Positions 49,701 through 64,000 of a stretch of 64,000 nt of DNA are shown here, piece after piece. The notes under the pieces were generated by a model. That model saw only the letters and a program-made list of their open reading frames with translations, did no database searches and was not told where the DNA came from. A program made the translations under genes and the position numbers. The stretch is from NCBI GenBank assembly GCA_977030845.1, contig OZ365112.1, forward strand, positions 16,182,001 to 16,246,000, given 5' to 3'. Positions within the stretch are counted from its first letter, which is position 1; every line of letters starts with the position of its first letter. The DNA comes from Fimbriosthenelais zetlandica (taxonomy: Eukaryota).

Positions 49701-52700
49701 GAAAATTGTTATTTTAGTATTGCATGTATTTGTGAGACTATTAATGGTATTATATAATATTTTTCTTAACATAAATTGCTGCCTATTCCATGAGTAGGCG
49801 GTACTGTCCTTTGAGACATCAATTATTTCTGATTTTAAAAAGGTGGCTTTGGAAATCTTTGGAAGTTTTATGGCTTGAGTTGCACTCACTTCCTCTCCAG
49901 AAAAAAAAAGTTGCATGGAAGAAAGCACCACGCACGACGGTCAATTCATCCTCATACAAAGTGATGCTAAATTATACACCCAGAGGAAATACATTTATCC
50001 TCCTGTCTATGGCCCCAGGTGTTTTTTCATCACACTAAATTTGGCGCATACCAAATTTGGGCAAGAGTGAGTGGAAGGATATTTTTTAACCTTGAACTTT
50101 CTCCATATTTGGTGCAGGCTCTGAGCAGAATAAGAAACCTTGTTTACAAGATATCCCTCACGGTTCCCACATTTACTGTATTTTACATACTACAACATTA
50201 GTTCTACAGACAGATATATAGACTTATAGTAGGCCTAAATATATTTTGTTGTGCTTGATAGACCTCAAATTCTGTACAATTTCTTTCTGTATACTTTGTT
50301 CCAACAACACATTTTAGTATGTTTGAAATGGAACCGGAAGGTGGAGTATGTTGACGAGTTTGCTTCATACCTCCTTTATTCAGTCAGGTTATATGTGTAC
50401 CATTTAAAATATATCTCTTTTACTTCATAACTAATCGCCCGTGGAACGAACCTATTCCTCAGTCCATCATAAATTTCTATTTGGCTTCCAAGAAACAAAA
50501 AGCATTCCCCTGAGCTCAAATTAAAATTTATTTTCGTCTTACATCCTGTACTTTTGTTTCCCTTTGCCCTAAATGTAAAACCTAAATATACACTCTCGGT
50601 TTGGAGTCAGATCAGCTGTTAAAAATCGGAATAAAAGGAAACTAAACAAGTCTCGCTTTAGATATCTGTGAAAAAGGAAAAAATGTCTGTCAACGACTTG
50701 TAATCCTGTGACAATCTAAATGATTCACTGTTTTTTGGAGCTTCATCTCTCTGTCCCTGTGTGTTGATCCTGGAGATCAAAATTTCCCTTTTATTTACTG
50801 GGAAACTAGCTAAACTTATTTAATATAAACTATGAACTCGGTGGGACGCGTTAGAGTCACTTTCATTGAGAAGGCATCATAAGTTGACTGCATTTACATG
50901 CCTACCATACATGACCGAGGCGCCAGTACATTCCTCCCGAAATACCCAACGGTATTCATTCCCCCACCCTCCAGGGACATGGTCTATAGGGAAATTTCCG
51001 GCATATTATATAATTTAATAAAATGTTGTATGAAAAATACCTAACTCATAAATGCAAATATCATCATTAGATGAAAGATCTCATGTAAATTATCAAATAT
51101 AAATGCTAAATATATTTGATAAATAGTAGGAGAATGTGGAGAGTTCTGATGGCATTGTTTGTCATGTTGATATTTATCATTAAAGAAAGGAGCGTTGTAT
51201 ACTTTAGGATGAAGGAGACATGTTAGGTTATGGATGGATGCTTGCCGATGTAGGGCGTTTCTCAGTCAAATACCGAGTCAGAAATAGCCTGTCCTGTGGT
51301 TTTTAGACCTCACTTACATATATTAAAATATCTCTATAAAGCCCACATTCTTAGATTCTCTCTTCCACTATCTAACATTGCCATCTAATCTCATATCACC
51401 TGATTACGTGTTATCGGTTCTGCAGTGTTCTGCCAGCTTGAATGTGGTGATTGTAGAGATATATTTGTAAGACGGATCTCATATTCATGTGTAGGCAGAG
51501 AATGGAATGGGAATATTGCCTGTATGAACTCGTGGCTTAACTGTGTCACCATCTAAGTGTCATATTCACAGATGGTCATTAATAAAAGCTACCCCTTGAT
51601 GGAGCTGTATTCCCACTTCAAACTTAATGTCTTATCAGTAAATATTTGATTATAATGTTTTGATAACTTGGACTGAAGCCATTATTAAGACAATATTTGA
51701 TGAAAGAGTTTTGATTATTAAATAAGACTTTTCCATTTGATAAATATACAATGAAGATAAGATACAAAATTCATGTTTCAAGTTCTTGTATGTTTGAGGT
51801 GAGTTTCAGGGTGTCTGAACATTAGGAAAGTTTGCTTCCTTTGGAGTAAAAAACGTCCAATGTGATCTGGTGGATTCATCCATCACCATTAGCACGCACA
51901 CATGGCCGTGCAGCATGTTGTGTGTTATAAATCATTAAAACTCCCCCCTGCCCTATCTACTGATGTGAACCTTCATTTTATGTGATTGAGTTTTCCTTGG
52001 ACCAACCGTTACCGTTTTTCTTGAGGTGGGGGACGAAACTATAGAATGAAAGATACTGAGTTTCTTGGACTGCCGAGTGAGTTCCATGGATCTTTTAGGT
52101 TCCTATTCAGCTTGTCTTGAATTAGGACCCGTTATATCCCCTTTGGGTCCTTTCCCATATCTTCTCTACCTCAATACATGTTAATACACATTCTGTATTA
52201 CATAAACCTTTCCCACCTTAAGTGTATGAGTTCATTAAATGTGCAAGTTATTATATTATCATAAAATCTAATTTCTATCAGCCATCATATGAAGTGGGTT
52301 ATCATGTAATCACATGTAACATAGAGGTCTGAAATATCACACTAACATTATAGTAGGCACGGACACGGAACAGATCACATTGTCCTTTACATATCATCAC
52401 CACCATGTAGGTTATTGGGGCAGTCATTGATGAGCACCACCAACGCACAGACAGTTCAACAGAGACAATACTCTCACTAGTCCTCTCACTATAGTCTAGC
52501 TGCCTCATGACAATATCTCCCTATCAAATTACATGTGTCCTTTATATATTGTATTTTGACACGATTTTAATATACATGTTTATAGTCTTGATGTTTCAGT
52601 TTTTCCTTATAAAAGAGTATTTTCCATGGCTATATTTTAGAGTTGATGCGTCTAAAGCTGGGAATATATGTCTTAATCATCCCGTCCTATCATGAGTGTG

Positions 52701-55700
52701 TGGGATACAAGTCTTGTTTAGTATACCCAATGATGGAAGGCTAAACAGGTCAAAGGAAAGGTTACTTGTTGCTGTTTTATAAATAGAAGGCTGGGAGGTA
52801 ACACTAGAAAATTGTACTACAAAAATCTTACTTCTCCCTTCGTTGCATTTGCCTATATATGTAGGACTCCTTGTAATTTTCTTGGAAGACGGTCAACCAC
52901 AAGTTTCATAAATAGATTTTTGTGTCTATTCCCAGACTGAGTAAGGATGTGTTCATTATGATATTAATTTCTCACCAGTGTATTGATAAAGCATAAGATG
53001 TTTTGAGTATGACCCCTATGTCAGGTTAAAATTATAATGAAAATTAAATGGGAATTATTATTTATCCTATACCGAGGATTTTCCTCATGCATTATGTAGT
53101 TGACAAAAGATGATGGATTATCCTGTCAGGTAGAGGACAGAAAGTAGAGACTCTCTCTATATATAGGATTTGAATCATTGAAAAAAGCAGAATAATCTTG
53201 TTAATGGACTCAGCAACTGTTTCCTCTTTACACAGGCAATACTGAAGTACACATATGGTTGTTGAGAAAGGCATCGAATGTTTAGTTTCCTCAGCAGGTC
53301 TTCTTCAGTTTACTTACGACCACCCTTAAATACATTCTGAGCACATGTTCTACAGTTAACACAAAAAGAAGCTGCCTATAATAGCCTCATTGCAGGTCTA
53401 TGCCATGTGATGATAGACCTTGATATTCCTCACAAATCCTTTTCGAGGATTTTGCATTCTACAGGCCTGTTTGACTGCCTTCATGTATGCAAGGACCATC
53501 ATCCTACCAGTGCCCTAAACTACCAGGCGTTCCCCCCACATAAAACATCTAATAGTATGCCAGTTTTCCCCAAGTTAATAGTTTCGGTGGATTATTAGAG
53601 CATAGAATTTACTTCATGCTATGTTCACTGCTGTGCTTTAATGTAAGAGCTGGAAAAACATGCCCTTTGTACAAGAAATACTGATATAATCTATGACTGG
53701 AAGTTGAATGATGTATATTTTCACACATTTTGTGTTATATGCACCTTATAAGACAATTTGTTGATGGGTGAAGTAAGGGTCAGACGGTCAGTTGAAGCTT
53801 GGTCTTGGTTTATCATTTTCTATCAGATATATTATTCCTAGATCTCTTCTCCTGGATAATAGTAGCCATGCTTTGTTAGTTTGCCTCTTTGTTATTTTAT
53901 GTTCGTATTAACATTTAGATAACAGTATTAATTTTGGATTAAAAATAATTTATGGATCAGGGACTTCCTGGTGATTTAATGGCAATGCAGTGAATTCTAC
54001 TGATCCCTCCTGTTTCTTTAGTTTCTTCTTTTAGAGTTTTGTTTGCATTCTTTCATGGAGCATATAATTTGCATGTGTCGGAATGGAATGGACTCTCTTC
54101 TCAGTGTGCTTTAAATATGGTGACGTAACTTTTGAAAAAGAAACATGGGGCTCACACCCATCTAAGATTATCAGCCACTTTGAGGTTAGGTCTAATGGCT
54201 ACCGGACTATATTGGAATTGTTTTCTATATTGGTATCATTACTGAACAACGGGCTGATAATTCATTGTTAAGATGATTAATTAACTGGAATAACAAAACT
54301 CAAGAGCCAGTAATGTTAATCAGCTTGTTTTCTCTCATTCTACAGGGAGACAGTGTTCGGTACTTCCTTGATCATCTGGATCGGATTGGGAGTGAGGTAA
54401 GTCCATGCTTGATGATTTTACTTTAACTTACTATTAAGTCTTAATATTTTATTAATTTATTGTTAAGAACATGTAGGTTTATATGGGTATGGTAGCCTAG
54501 ATCCTGGTTTTTTTCTCTCCTAATGTCAGATATAATCATTTTATCACGAAAACCATTGGTGTGGAATAGGGAAGTACACATAGTACACAGTCATTACTCA
54601 ATCTCTACGTCACACTGCGTCCTACTGGCTTTACACCAGTCACATGAATGATATGACTCAGGCCTACCTACTCCACTATAGGCTATATGTACATGTAATT
54701 ATCTATATCTTGATGACCAGTTATCATTTACATACAATCATTTCTTAAACTACAGATTCTTAAACTAAAATTCCCATGCAATTATACATGTACAGTATAT
54801 TGCATACGCATTGACAGATTGGTGAAAATTATGCGTTTTGTATAAAGGTCTTGGTCAATTCAGTGCATTAGTCAATCAGGGGAGGGTAAGAGATAATACG
54901 GTTGTGTGAGGGAATGAAGCAGCTTGTACTTAGTCGCCCTCAGGTGCTGGAACATTGTCTCTTGTGTGTCGTGTAAAGTGAAACATGAAACCTCAGCACT
55001 CCACTCAACTCCTCCTGTCTCATTACCTTCCTAAACAAGATGAAAGGACAGGCAATGTAGGAAGGCAGTAAATGGAACCAACGGATGAAACATACTATAT
55101 TGCCTTGATTCCTGTAGGCAATAAAAAGTCCCTCCATAAAGCTGTATACATACATCATCGTTTTCACTTACTATGAAAGAGTGGCTTCTTTGAGGGACCT
55201 TCAAATTGCCCCAGTGTTTGATGTTTATACATGTATACATTCTAGTGTTAAGGTGGATATTAGTCAGTATAGATTTAAGCAGTGAGGACAAGTTTCGCAT
55301 GTCCTTTTATTAACACCTGATTTCATGCATCAGCCCACCTACTTTGGCCTCAGAGGTCATGAAAATCTAACAGTCTCACATGTAATCGTGACATCTCTTC
55401 ATCTATATTTAACATCAAAGTCAGGTGAGTCTTGAACTTTGGTGCCCAGAACACTTTTTGGTTAAAGAAGAATGTTGGTTATCGGCCTATAGTCTTGAAA
55501 ATCTTTCTGTACAAAATTGGCCTGAAAATATCCACTATACAGGATTAAAAGAAGGTAATTTGATGAGGACATATTGCAATATGCTTCCCACCACGAAAGT
55601 GTAGAGAGCCTATAGCTCAATATTCCCACATAATGTAATATAGACCTTAATCTCCTCTTGTATTATAAGTCACCTTTGTTTAGGTTAAAGCTTAACCTCG

Positions 55701-57580
55701 AAAATTGTACAATTAACATTGCATTGGAGTAGGACAGGTCTTGTCCAGACAATATTGATAGTGTTATTAGTAATAAGTGAACCACATGGTTTTACCCCGT
55801 TATGTAATATGTCTACTTGCTCTTTGTCCATTATTTCCACGTTCAGTAATATTGCCACATTTGTGAGAAAACGATCTTAGTTGTGTTCCATGAACTGATC
55901 TTTAATAGTGATTTAAACAGGCTTTGCTGACTCAGCAAGATCCTCTTGAAATATTATAAATGAGCTTATAGTCCTCTGCCTCCTACTTGCCTCTTTCCGG
56001 AATAAATTTCATCAGTTCAAAAAAGGGCTTTCCTAGGCACACTGCCTCCAGTAGTCTTTAATCCATTTAGGTGTAGGAAGAGTGGGGCAGACTTGCCTCA
56101 ATCAAGCATCTGCATTAAGTTAGTGAATGCTGGAGGCAATGTGGGTCTTCATGCTTTAAATGACAGAGAAGATAAACTAACGTCACTGATATGTATTTCA
56201 TGAATTCATATAGGTCTTCATTTACGCATATTATCATGGTGTAATTCTGTAGTTAATTCCCCCGAAGTAGCAGTTAATCTGAATATTGTTGATTATGAAA
56301 AAGTTGATGAAGTGATTAATACCACTATTAGTAATATAGTTAGAAATACAGAGGTTGTCTCCCGAGTATAAATAACCTCAGAAAATACATAAAATTTGGT
56401 AAAGGTCATGAAGTTGCTCCACATGAACATACAGTGTGTCAGTAGGTCGGATTATAAGCAAATAAAGGCAGTTTTATCATTAGGGTGAAAGCTGCCCCCA
56501 CATGCCTTCCAACTATCAGCTGGCCGGGACATGGGAGAGACATTGTTCTCGATTCTAGAATAGTCTATCTGTACTTTTTCTAGTCTATTCGTTCTGCACG
56601 TTTCTGGAATATTTAGTCTTTATATTTCACTTTTTCTAGAATAGTCTCTACGTGACATATTCGTGTATCGTCTGCTATTTGTACTTCACTTTTACTAGAA
56701 TAATCTATTTATACTCCGCTTTTGCTTTTTCGCGTGAAAGTTTATCTAGAATTATATAATGATCCATAACAACGCCATTGCCATTGCTAACAAAAAGAAT
56801 GAATCAAAACATTTTTAGACAAGTTTATAAAGGCATTAATACATTTTTTTAAACCCAATATTGTAACACGCACCCGACCTTTCATGACACTCACATTGTA
56901 GCAAATCATTTCTCTATAGATTGTTTAATTCTCCATTTAATGTTATTAAAGTAATATATATGTGTGTGTTCCACATTCTGAAATATTTGCTGATTTTGTT
57001 TCTCACTCAGGGTTACACCCCTATTACAAAAGACATCCTTCATGCCCGAAAAGCTACCAAAGGCATCTGGGAGTGCGAGTTTGTAATCAAAGCGGTCCCT
57101 TTTCGGTTTGTTGATGTTGGTGGCCAGCGGTCGCAGCGACAGAAGTGGTATCAATGTTTCGACAGCGTCACCTCCATCCTTTTCCTGGTGAGCAGCTCCG
57201 AGTTTGACCAGGTGCTCATGGAGGATCGCAAGACTAACCGCCTCATGGAGTCAGTCTCTATTTTCGAGACCATCGTCAACAACAAAGCTTTCTCTAACGT
57301 CTCTATTATCCTCTTCCTCAACAAAACGGATCTACTGGAGGATAAAATAAAAGAAGTTTCCATCAATGACTATTTCCCCGAGTTTGAGGGTAACCCACGT
57401 AGCCTCGATGATGTGCAAAAGTTTGAGCTGGACTTGTTAGATTCACGGCGTCGTGAGCGGAGCAAGCCACTCTTCCATCACTTCACTACAGCAGTGGACA
57501 CAGAGAATATCAAGTTTGTTTTCCAAGCGGTGAAAGATACTATCTTACAACATAACCTTGTGTCTATCATGCTACAATAA
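43312..57580 (+). CDS. GNA12: Heterotrimeric G protein alpha subunit, G12/13 class (concertina-like), 362 aa, 3 coding exons
   Basis: Exons 43312-43779, 54346-54396, 57011-57580 join in phase 0. Motifs: [62 protein letters not shown]-terminal IMLQ typical of G12/13. GNA12 versus GNA13 orthology cannot be resolved for an invertebrate single-copy gene. Confidence 0.93.
54346..54396 (+). CDS. GNA12: G-alpha12/13 exon 2
   Basis: TACAG|[17 protein letters not shown]|GTAAGT, 51 nt. Confidence 0.93.
57011..57580 (+). CDS. GNA12: G-alpha12/13 exon 3
   Basis: CTCAG|[18 protein letters not shown]...HNLVSIMLQ*. Confidence 0.95.
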   Translation, partial: GYTPITKDILHARKATKGIWECEFVIKAVPFRFVDVGGQRSQRQKWYQCFDSVTSILFLVSSSEFDQVLMEDRKTNRLMESVSIFETIVNNKAFSNVSIILFLNKTDLLEDKIKEVSINDYFPEFEGNPRSLDDVQKFELDLLDSRRRERSKPLFHHFTTAVDTENIKFVFQAVKDTILQHNLVSIMLQ

Positions 57581-60500
57581 TGAGAATCTGGTAGGCTGTG
57601 CAAAAAAAAAAAGATAGAAAGCTTTGGGCAAGTATGTTGCTTCAAAGTCCCATGTTACAGATTGTTCCTGTTGATTCTTTACACCATTGAAGCTGTGTTG
57701 TAAAGGAAGGAAGGTTTTAGCAATTGTAATTTTTGATGCTTGAAAAATTGTTGGAAAATGTGCTAAATATCATTTGAAAAAATGCCTTCAGCCTCTAGTC
57801 CAAGGGCACAGAGTTTCAAATTGTCAAGAAAGTTTGCCTTTTTCAGAATACTTTTTGGGTGTGTTCAACTGAATACAGTCTTACATGAAATTGTTCATGC
57901 TGGCATTAACTTCCTTTCTGATTGTATGGGTCAAAATCTTCTTCACATTTCTTATACATCAATCTTATACACCAACTTTTGTATTCTATGTATAGAATGA
58001 CTCAAATCCTTCAGTGCCTCAAAAACTATCGTCCCTAAAATGCCATCCATACAAACACTGGGAAGTCTTTGTTATTATCATTGTAATAATAAGTATCAAT
58101 TATTTTCATTCCTCCTAACTAAAACCACTCTTCACATAAACTCGCAGTCATATGCTGGGGATAGAAACCTGAAGTGACTTCTGTTAGAATCCCCAGTTAC
58201 ACTAGTTATATCAGCCTACCAATGTAAGAATCCACTTATTATGTAAATATTAAAGAAGATATACATGATATACTCGTATACATATGTAGCCACCGTTGTG
58301 AACCGGTATTGCATTACCAGCCAATATGGTACCGATGTATTTTTGCAAGAATATCTTCCTTTTTATAAAGAAATCAATGCCAAGAGAGGATGGATAATAG
58401 TAAGTTTGGTATATATGTGAGTACTATGATGGTCTTTAATCATATAAAGTCCAGATATCTTTGGAATCGATTAGATGGCTATTATTGTGTAAATGAAAAA
58501 GTCGTTTTCTATAGTCTTTTTTGGGGACAGATAACCATGTCAATATGTATATAGTTCTATAATATCTAAATTGGTTTAGCGGTTTGGGTCGGAGACGTGG
58601 TAAGTTTACTTACATCACTCGACCATGATGGTGGACCGAAATCAATCAGAAATGATCTTTCTCTTGTTATTAAATATTATACAGAAGCCCTCGTTTTTAT
58701 CGCCTCTGCCACTTGCCAAATGACAGGATACAGGAAATAAATCTTAGTGCAGATAAAAAAAATACCTGGTTTAGGAGATGAGAAGATGGGATGAGAGCTG
58801 TGTTAAATATTGGGGATAGTAAAATGCTCTGCTGTAACGGCCTAGAGTCCCATCTGCTTATACTGTATAAATGAATCAATATCGAGGAGCTATGGTTTTG
58901 TAAAAGCTGGTTTTAGATTTTTTAATCCATTTATTACACTGTCTGAGAATGTGTAATTAGCTAGCTAGGGTATAGCTGTTATTGACAGGAGTGTGAATTG
59001 GAAGTACAGTGCTTGTTTCTTTAATTGTTTAAATGGAAATGTTCAATATTCCAAGTCTTGTACAAGGAATTAAGCTCAAATTTTTATTAAATCTGTATCG
59101 TTCTGTCAACAAATATTTTTCATTTTTCTCGCCCAAAAACTTTTGACTGAATTGATTGCACTCTCAATTCCTAACCATAAAACTTATCCGTCCCTCTTGA
59201 TCAAGAATGTATCTTAATTTTAGCATGATTGTATTTCTATATGTCTGCTGATCTAGCAGTGCTCTCCATCCAGATAAATGACCCACATCATTTCATGTAA
59301 TATACCTGTTTCCCGATATCTAATTGGTAAAGGTTTCCCTGCTTCTTCCCAAGTAGAACTGTTGGACTTACTTCCCAGAAGTTCTCTTTGCCAGCAGATC
59401 AAATTTTGGTGCTTGACACATCAGGGACAGTCCGAAGCAAGGGGTCCTGGAAATATTTTGCAATAATTTACACAATTCCACTTTTAATGAACAGACTTGA
59501 TTTGTAATATTTCTCAGAATATCTGTCCGAAACACTTACATAAACTTGAGCTCGTGCATAGATAATCAAATGATGACTTGATAATATGTTATTTTATTTT
59601 TGAAGAAGAACATTGTTAAAGTTTTGATCTTGTTTGTGATCGAAACATGAGATTTGTTTTAAATGCGTTCTTGAAAATAATTTCAAACTTGAATTTTTAT
59701 GAAATGTTCAACAATTTGACTTGTATGACAAAATGCTTTTTAATCAAATATTATATGGAAAATGATTGAAATTTCTATTTTAAAATTTTAGGCTTTAGTT
59801 TTCTCCCTATCCGGAAGTTGGCTTTTCTTGTCACGTTTGGTTTTGTTTAGGATTTCTCACTCCTATCCTGAAAAGTAAACAGTATAATCAGCAATATATA
59901 AGTAAATTACAATTCATTTTTTACCATGATCAAATCACCACAGCTACGATGATTTCCGTGTATAAATAAGAAGTCGTTCAACTGTACCTAACTCCATTGA
60001 TGTAGCGTCGTGCAATGTAACATTGATCAGTCAGCTAGATTTTTAACTTCATCCCACCGAATTTAACTGACTACATAAGTACGGTATTGGTACTACTTGG
60101 TGCAGTGACCATCATTCATTTGTGATCATTGTTGTTGTCAAACAGGCATTTGATTGTTATAATTGATAAAGTAATGAGCATTGACCAGACTGTTATGTTG
60201 AGTTTTCTTTTCTCTGTACTAAGTACAGTCATGGAAGTTTAAACTCCAATAATAGATTGTTTTGAATATATTTTCCTTTAGAGTATTTTTGTACGCTTTT
60301 TATGTGTGTGAGCTTCAGCATTTCCAAGAAAGGTTAAATATTATATTTGCTTCTAAAACCAGGGCCTACATGATGAAGAATGTATAGGTAATCTTCTCTT
60401 ATTCTGCTCATGTTGATCAGTGGCTATTACCTATCTGTGTATTCTGTTAGATGGCCATCAATGTTAATGTATTGTCTCCTCTGCGCCTCGTCTGTGTCTG

Positions 60501-62171
60501 ACAAGGGATTATTATTGAGGCGCTATATTATAGCCTCCTAGTGGACGACATTCACTAGGCATTTCAACTAGTCACTTAACCTTATCATTCATGATGTACA
60601 TGCATCTGTCTGTCGGCATTAGATTATTTTGTTAGTGGAAATTCTTGACCTTTAAATAGGGTTAAACCTCGGTGCAAGTTGTTCATATTTTCTAGTAGTA
60701 CACATGATCATCATCTTAACCACTAACCTTACTAATATTCATGTCATTTGTTCATTGAACTATTCTCAGAGGGGATCATAGTGGGAGATGTTGGGTTTCA
60801 GTTCAGAAACAATAGAAATCTCCTCACTATTTATTAGGAAGGTGATAGATTAACAGAGTAACATACATATATAAAGAGTTTATTTCTACTCTGTTACTAA
60901 TTCAAATACTAATAGCTAAACAATAAAATATTAAACTCATAAAACAAAGATATATGATAGGGGAGTATTGTCTATAGTCCCACATATCGAGTAGTTTTAG
61001 ATATGGCAATGTTTGTAGGTGTTGCATCCATATCAGTATGTGGGCTTTGTGCAAGATCAGCACCTTATAGGTTTACAGACTTATTCTCTATCAATAGCAA
61101 GAGTAATATATCTCCTCAATAGACTGCAATGTCAACTTGCTGCAAGCTGCTCCATGCCAGTAGTGACGTCTTATAAACACCATGTCAAATAACTTTAACG
61201 TAATCGAGGCCAAATATGTATATGAAAATTATATGAGTATGATAAATAACCTATTTAATTGGTACTCAATTTTATGAGAGCAAAGACGATAATGTATTAA
61301 TTTTCTCTAGGCTGAGCAAAATCTGTTTCTAAAATGACAATGCATACCTTAATATGTAATATGTATGCTTTCACTTCATAGTACATTTTGTCATTTTCTG
61401 TAACTTTTCATAATACGGAATATTTATGATTTTAATTTTGATAGGTTTATGTCTTAATGGAGGCCTCCTACACAGTTGCCCTATCTTCACATTAACGTAT
61501 ATGTCTTAGATCAGGCTTTATAAGTACTTACGTACAGTGGACTTTTATTACTTCTTTAAAGAAAACTAATATCAGGGAACCATTGGGATAGCCCTTGGTT
61601 GATAGGCCGCCTACCTTTGCTCAAAACTCTATAACTTTTGATATGGCAAATTATAACACAATCACTCTTCTGTGATTCTTTTATATGTAAAACGTTCATC
61701 GATGTAAATCCAATGATAAGTGAAATGTACAGATCTGTATGCTATATAAGTATATTAGACTGGTTCTGTACTTCGTTTTGTGCTTTGCATTAATGCATTA
61801 TGTGGTATAATATATCAGAAAAAGAATTGTTTAACAGTTAAAAATCATTTCTGGTGTAGCTTTGATGCTAGTTACGTGATCATCATGTCATGGTTGCGTT
61901 AAATATATGTGGGGATTTAGATGACTAATATCTTATGGCGACTTTGTAATAGCTATATTTTCTCTTGTCCATCATTGCAGTCCTTTATCTTCTATTCCTC
62001 TCACCATCACCCCGGACTTTCAATAACATTAACATTTTCTACCTTTGTCTTGTTTGACATATGCTCTTGTGTATAAGATTTTATATTGGATTCCTGTCAT
62101 TTCTTTTGAGAAATGTTTGAGAACAGGCAATTATGTGGCAATCTGTGCTTCAAATGGTACAGTTCCTTGTG

Positions 62172-62177
62172 AATAAA
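62172..62177 (+). terminator. Possible polyadenylation signal of a long G-alpha12/13 3' UTR
   Basis: AATAAA about 4.6 kb after the stop, in U-rich UTR-like sequence. Motif only, no transcript evidence. Confidence 0.25.
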
Positions 62178-64000
62178 ATGTACTAGATTTTTGTAAAGAA
62201 AAAGTAAGTTTGTTCTTATTCCCCAGATCCCTGACATAGAGAATTCCTTCAAAGAATCAAAGCTGCTATTGTTAAAGTGAATAAGATTGCCTTATATTCA
62301 ACCTCTTGAGTGCTGTCACTTTGTCCAAGCTGTGTATGTGTAAGTCGAACTGTTAACTTACTGAATTTGTGAAGTTGAGTCAATAATGCTTTAACATTTA
62401 TAGTCTTTCTTTTGGGGGAGTTTAATTCGGTTTTAATTCCCTTCTAAAGGTGGCAATGTTTTAAGTTATTTACTGTATCTATTTCGGTTCGGCAAATATA
62501 TTTCACCCCTGTTGATTGAGTTCCATGCATACATGACATTGTTCCCTGTAGCTGGGTCTGTTATTGAACCCCGTTTTCCCTGCTGGGAGCCAGACTCACA
62601 ACAATGGGTCCTAAAGTACTTAAGGATGGAGGTCATTTCGCCTTATTTCCCAAACTGGAGTATCCAACAGTTACTATAGTAGTAGATAAGTGTATATATG
62701 GTGATGGAAGCCTTGGTGATGGAAGAAATGTAGATTCATCAACATAATTTGAATATTGAAATCTTTTTGTGTTTCTAAATATCATTTATCAAATGGTCCT
62801 GTGATATTTTAAAAAGTAAAATTTCTGGTAAATTCTATACACCTTGTGGACCTATTCTGAACTAGTAGTCTGGTACAGTATCGCCCCCTGTGAGTGTGGA
62901 CACAAATCTGTAATGTTTATTCAGAATTTGCCATAGCCTGTATGACAAGCCTCGTCCTCCCAGCCTCACCGGGACAGATACTCCGTCTACATTTGCCACT
63001 GAACAGGCCAGTTGATTTGAGGTGAATGAACATCTTGTACTCCTTTCTTTGGGGATATGCTCATGTGTTATTATATGAATGCTCTTCTGTTATTTTTGAG
63101 ATATTTTCGATGATATTTGTAGAGGAAACTCCATGGGGTCCACATAAATAGACTATTTAGCTTTTCTACCTCCAGGTGGCAGCCGTTGTGTCTCTGTCTT
63201 TGAGGTATATGTGGTTAAGCACAACACACTCACTCAGTTGAAGTTGCTATAATTGTTAATATATATATAACTCAGTAATGACTGTTAGTACTCCTTTATT
63301 ATCCTGTATTGTTTTAATTAACATTAGATATTGTGGCATGAATTACAATATAGATGTACACGTTTCTTGCTTCCCATACATTCCTCAAGGCCACATATTA
63401 GCCATAAATACTGTGTATTTTGTTACACCAGAGGGAGGCTTCAAATCAGGACTCTCCTGTTCAGTGCTTTATCTTGGTGGCTGGGCACCTCACATAGTAA
63501 ATATATATAAACCTTCTGCCATCACAGAAAGACTTTATTTCACATAAAGATTTTGAAACTACGTACATATAGATAAAGCCACTGGTCTAGTCATTTATTG
63601 CACGCTCTACACCGCAAAAAATACATAATATACATAAGTTTTATATTAAATAGTAACAGTTTACCATTCATTATTGAAACATTGATTGGCACTTTTACAT
63701 TTCAATATCCTCTGATAAGAAATATATTTGAAATAATTACAAACTAGCCACTTTATCCCATTTCAGCAGTTAGCAATGGTCCATGCAGTTAGGAGTTATC
63801 TACTTTTAGCTTAGTCTGTTTTCCTCTTGTGAATAATAATGGGAAAACTATATGGACTAGATTGGCAAGAGAGTCTTGTTGAACATGCGATCTTTGTTTG
63901 CCATCTATGGGTCCATAGGTTTAGCTGGAAAGACATTTTCTATCATAAAATTGCACCTTATATTAATAAATAGGGGATTACAAAATATCAGAGGAATACC

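Noticed and set aside
48390-50120. Long low-stop frames in G-alpha12/13 intron 1 (about 48390-48700 and 49770-50120)
   Set aside because: No family recognised and stop density not clearly below chance.
56921-57010. N-terminal part of the 219-aa ORF
   Set aside because: Intronic read-through upstream of the CTCAG acceptor at 57010.

Overview
AT-rich, intron-rich animal genomic DNA. An invertebrate, probably a lophotrochozoan such as a mollusc, is my inference; the sequence alone cannot establish the species. Three spliced genes were reconstructed by hand from GT-AG junctions and reading-frame continuity. (1) A + strand type I PKA regulatory subunit (PRKAR1-like) has 10 core coding exons at 9611-35056. 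No dimerisation/docking (D/D) exon was recognised in the window. Two phase-compatible candidate alternative first coding exons both start Met-Gly (MGNKLPK.. at 912-1076, MGHSFSNLC.. at 9015-9059). (2) A - strand, 19-exon, 721-aa oligopeptidase A-like (M3A) gene at 38513-43072 has a mitochondrial-presequence-like N-terminus and an intact ORF, but two of three zinc ligands and further catalytic residues are replaced (HEFGH->YEFGH, DAVE->DALQ, H->A, Y->F), i.e. a probable pseudopeptidase. (3) A + strand G-alpha12/13 gene (3 coding exons, 43312-57580) lies head-to-head with the M3A gene, with only 239 bp between start codons. The introns hold MITEs, a 34-bp minisatellite, small hairpin repeats and decayed coding-like fragments. 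Most ORFs in the supplied track are spurious.
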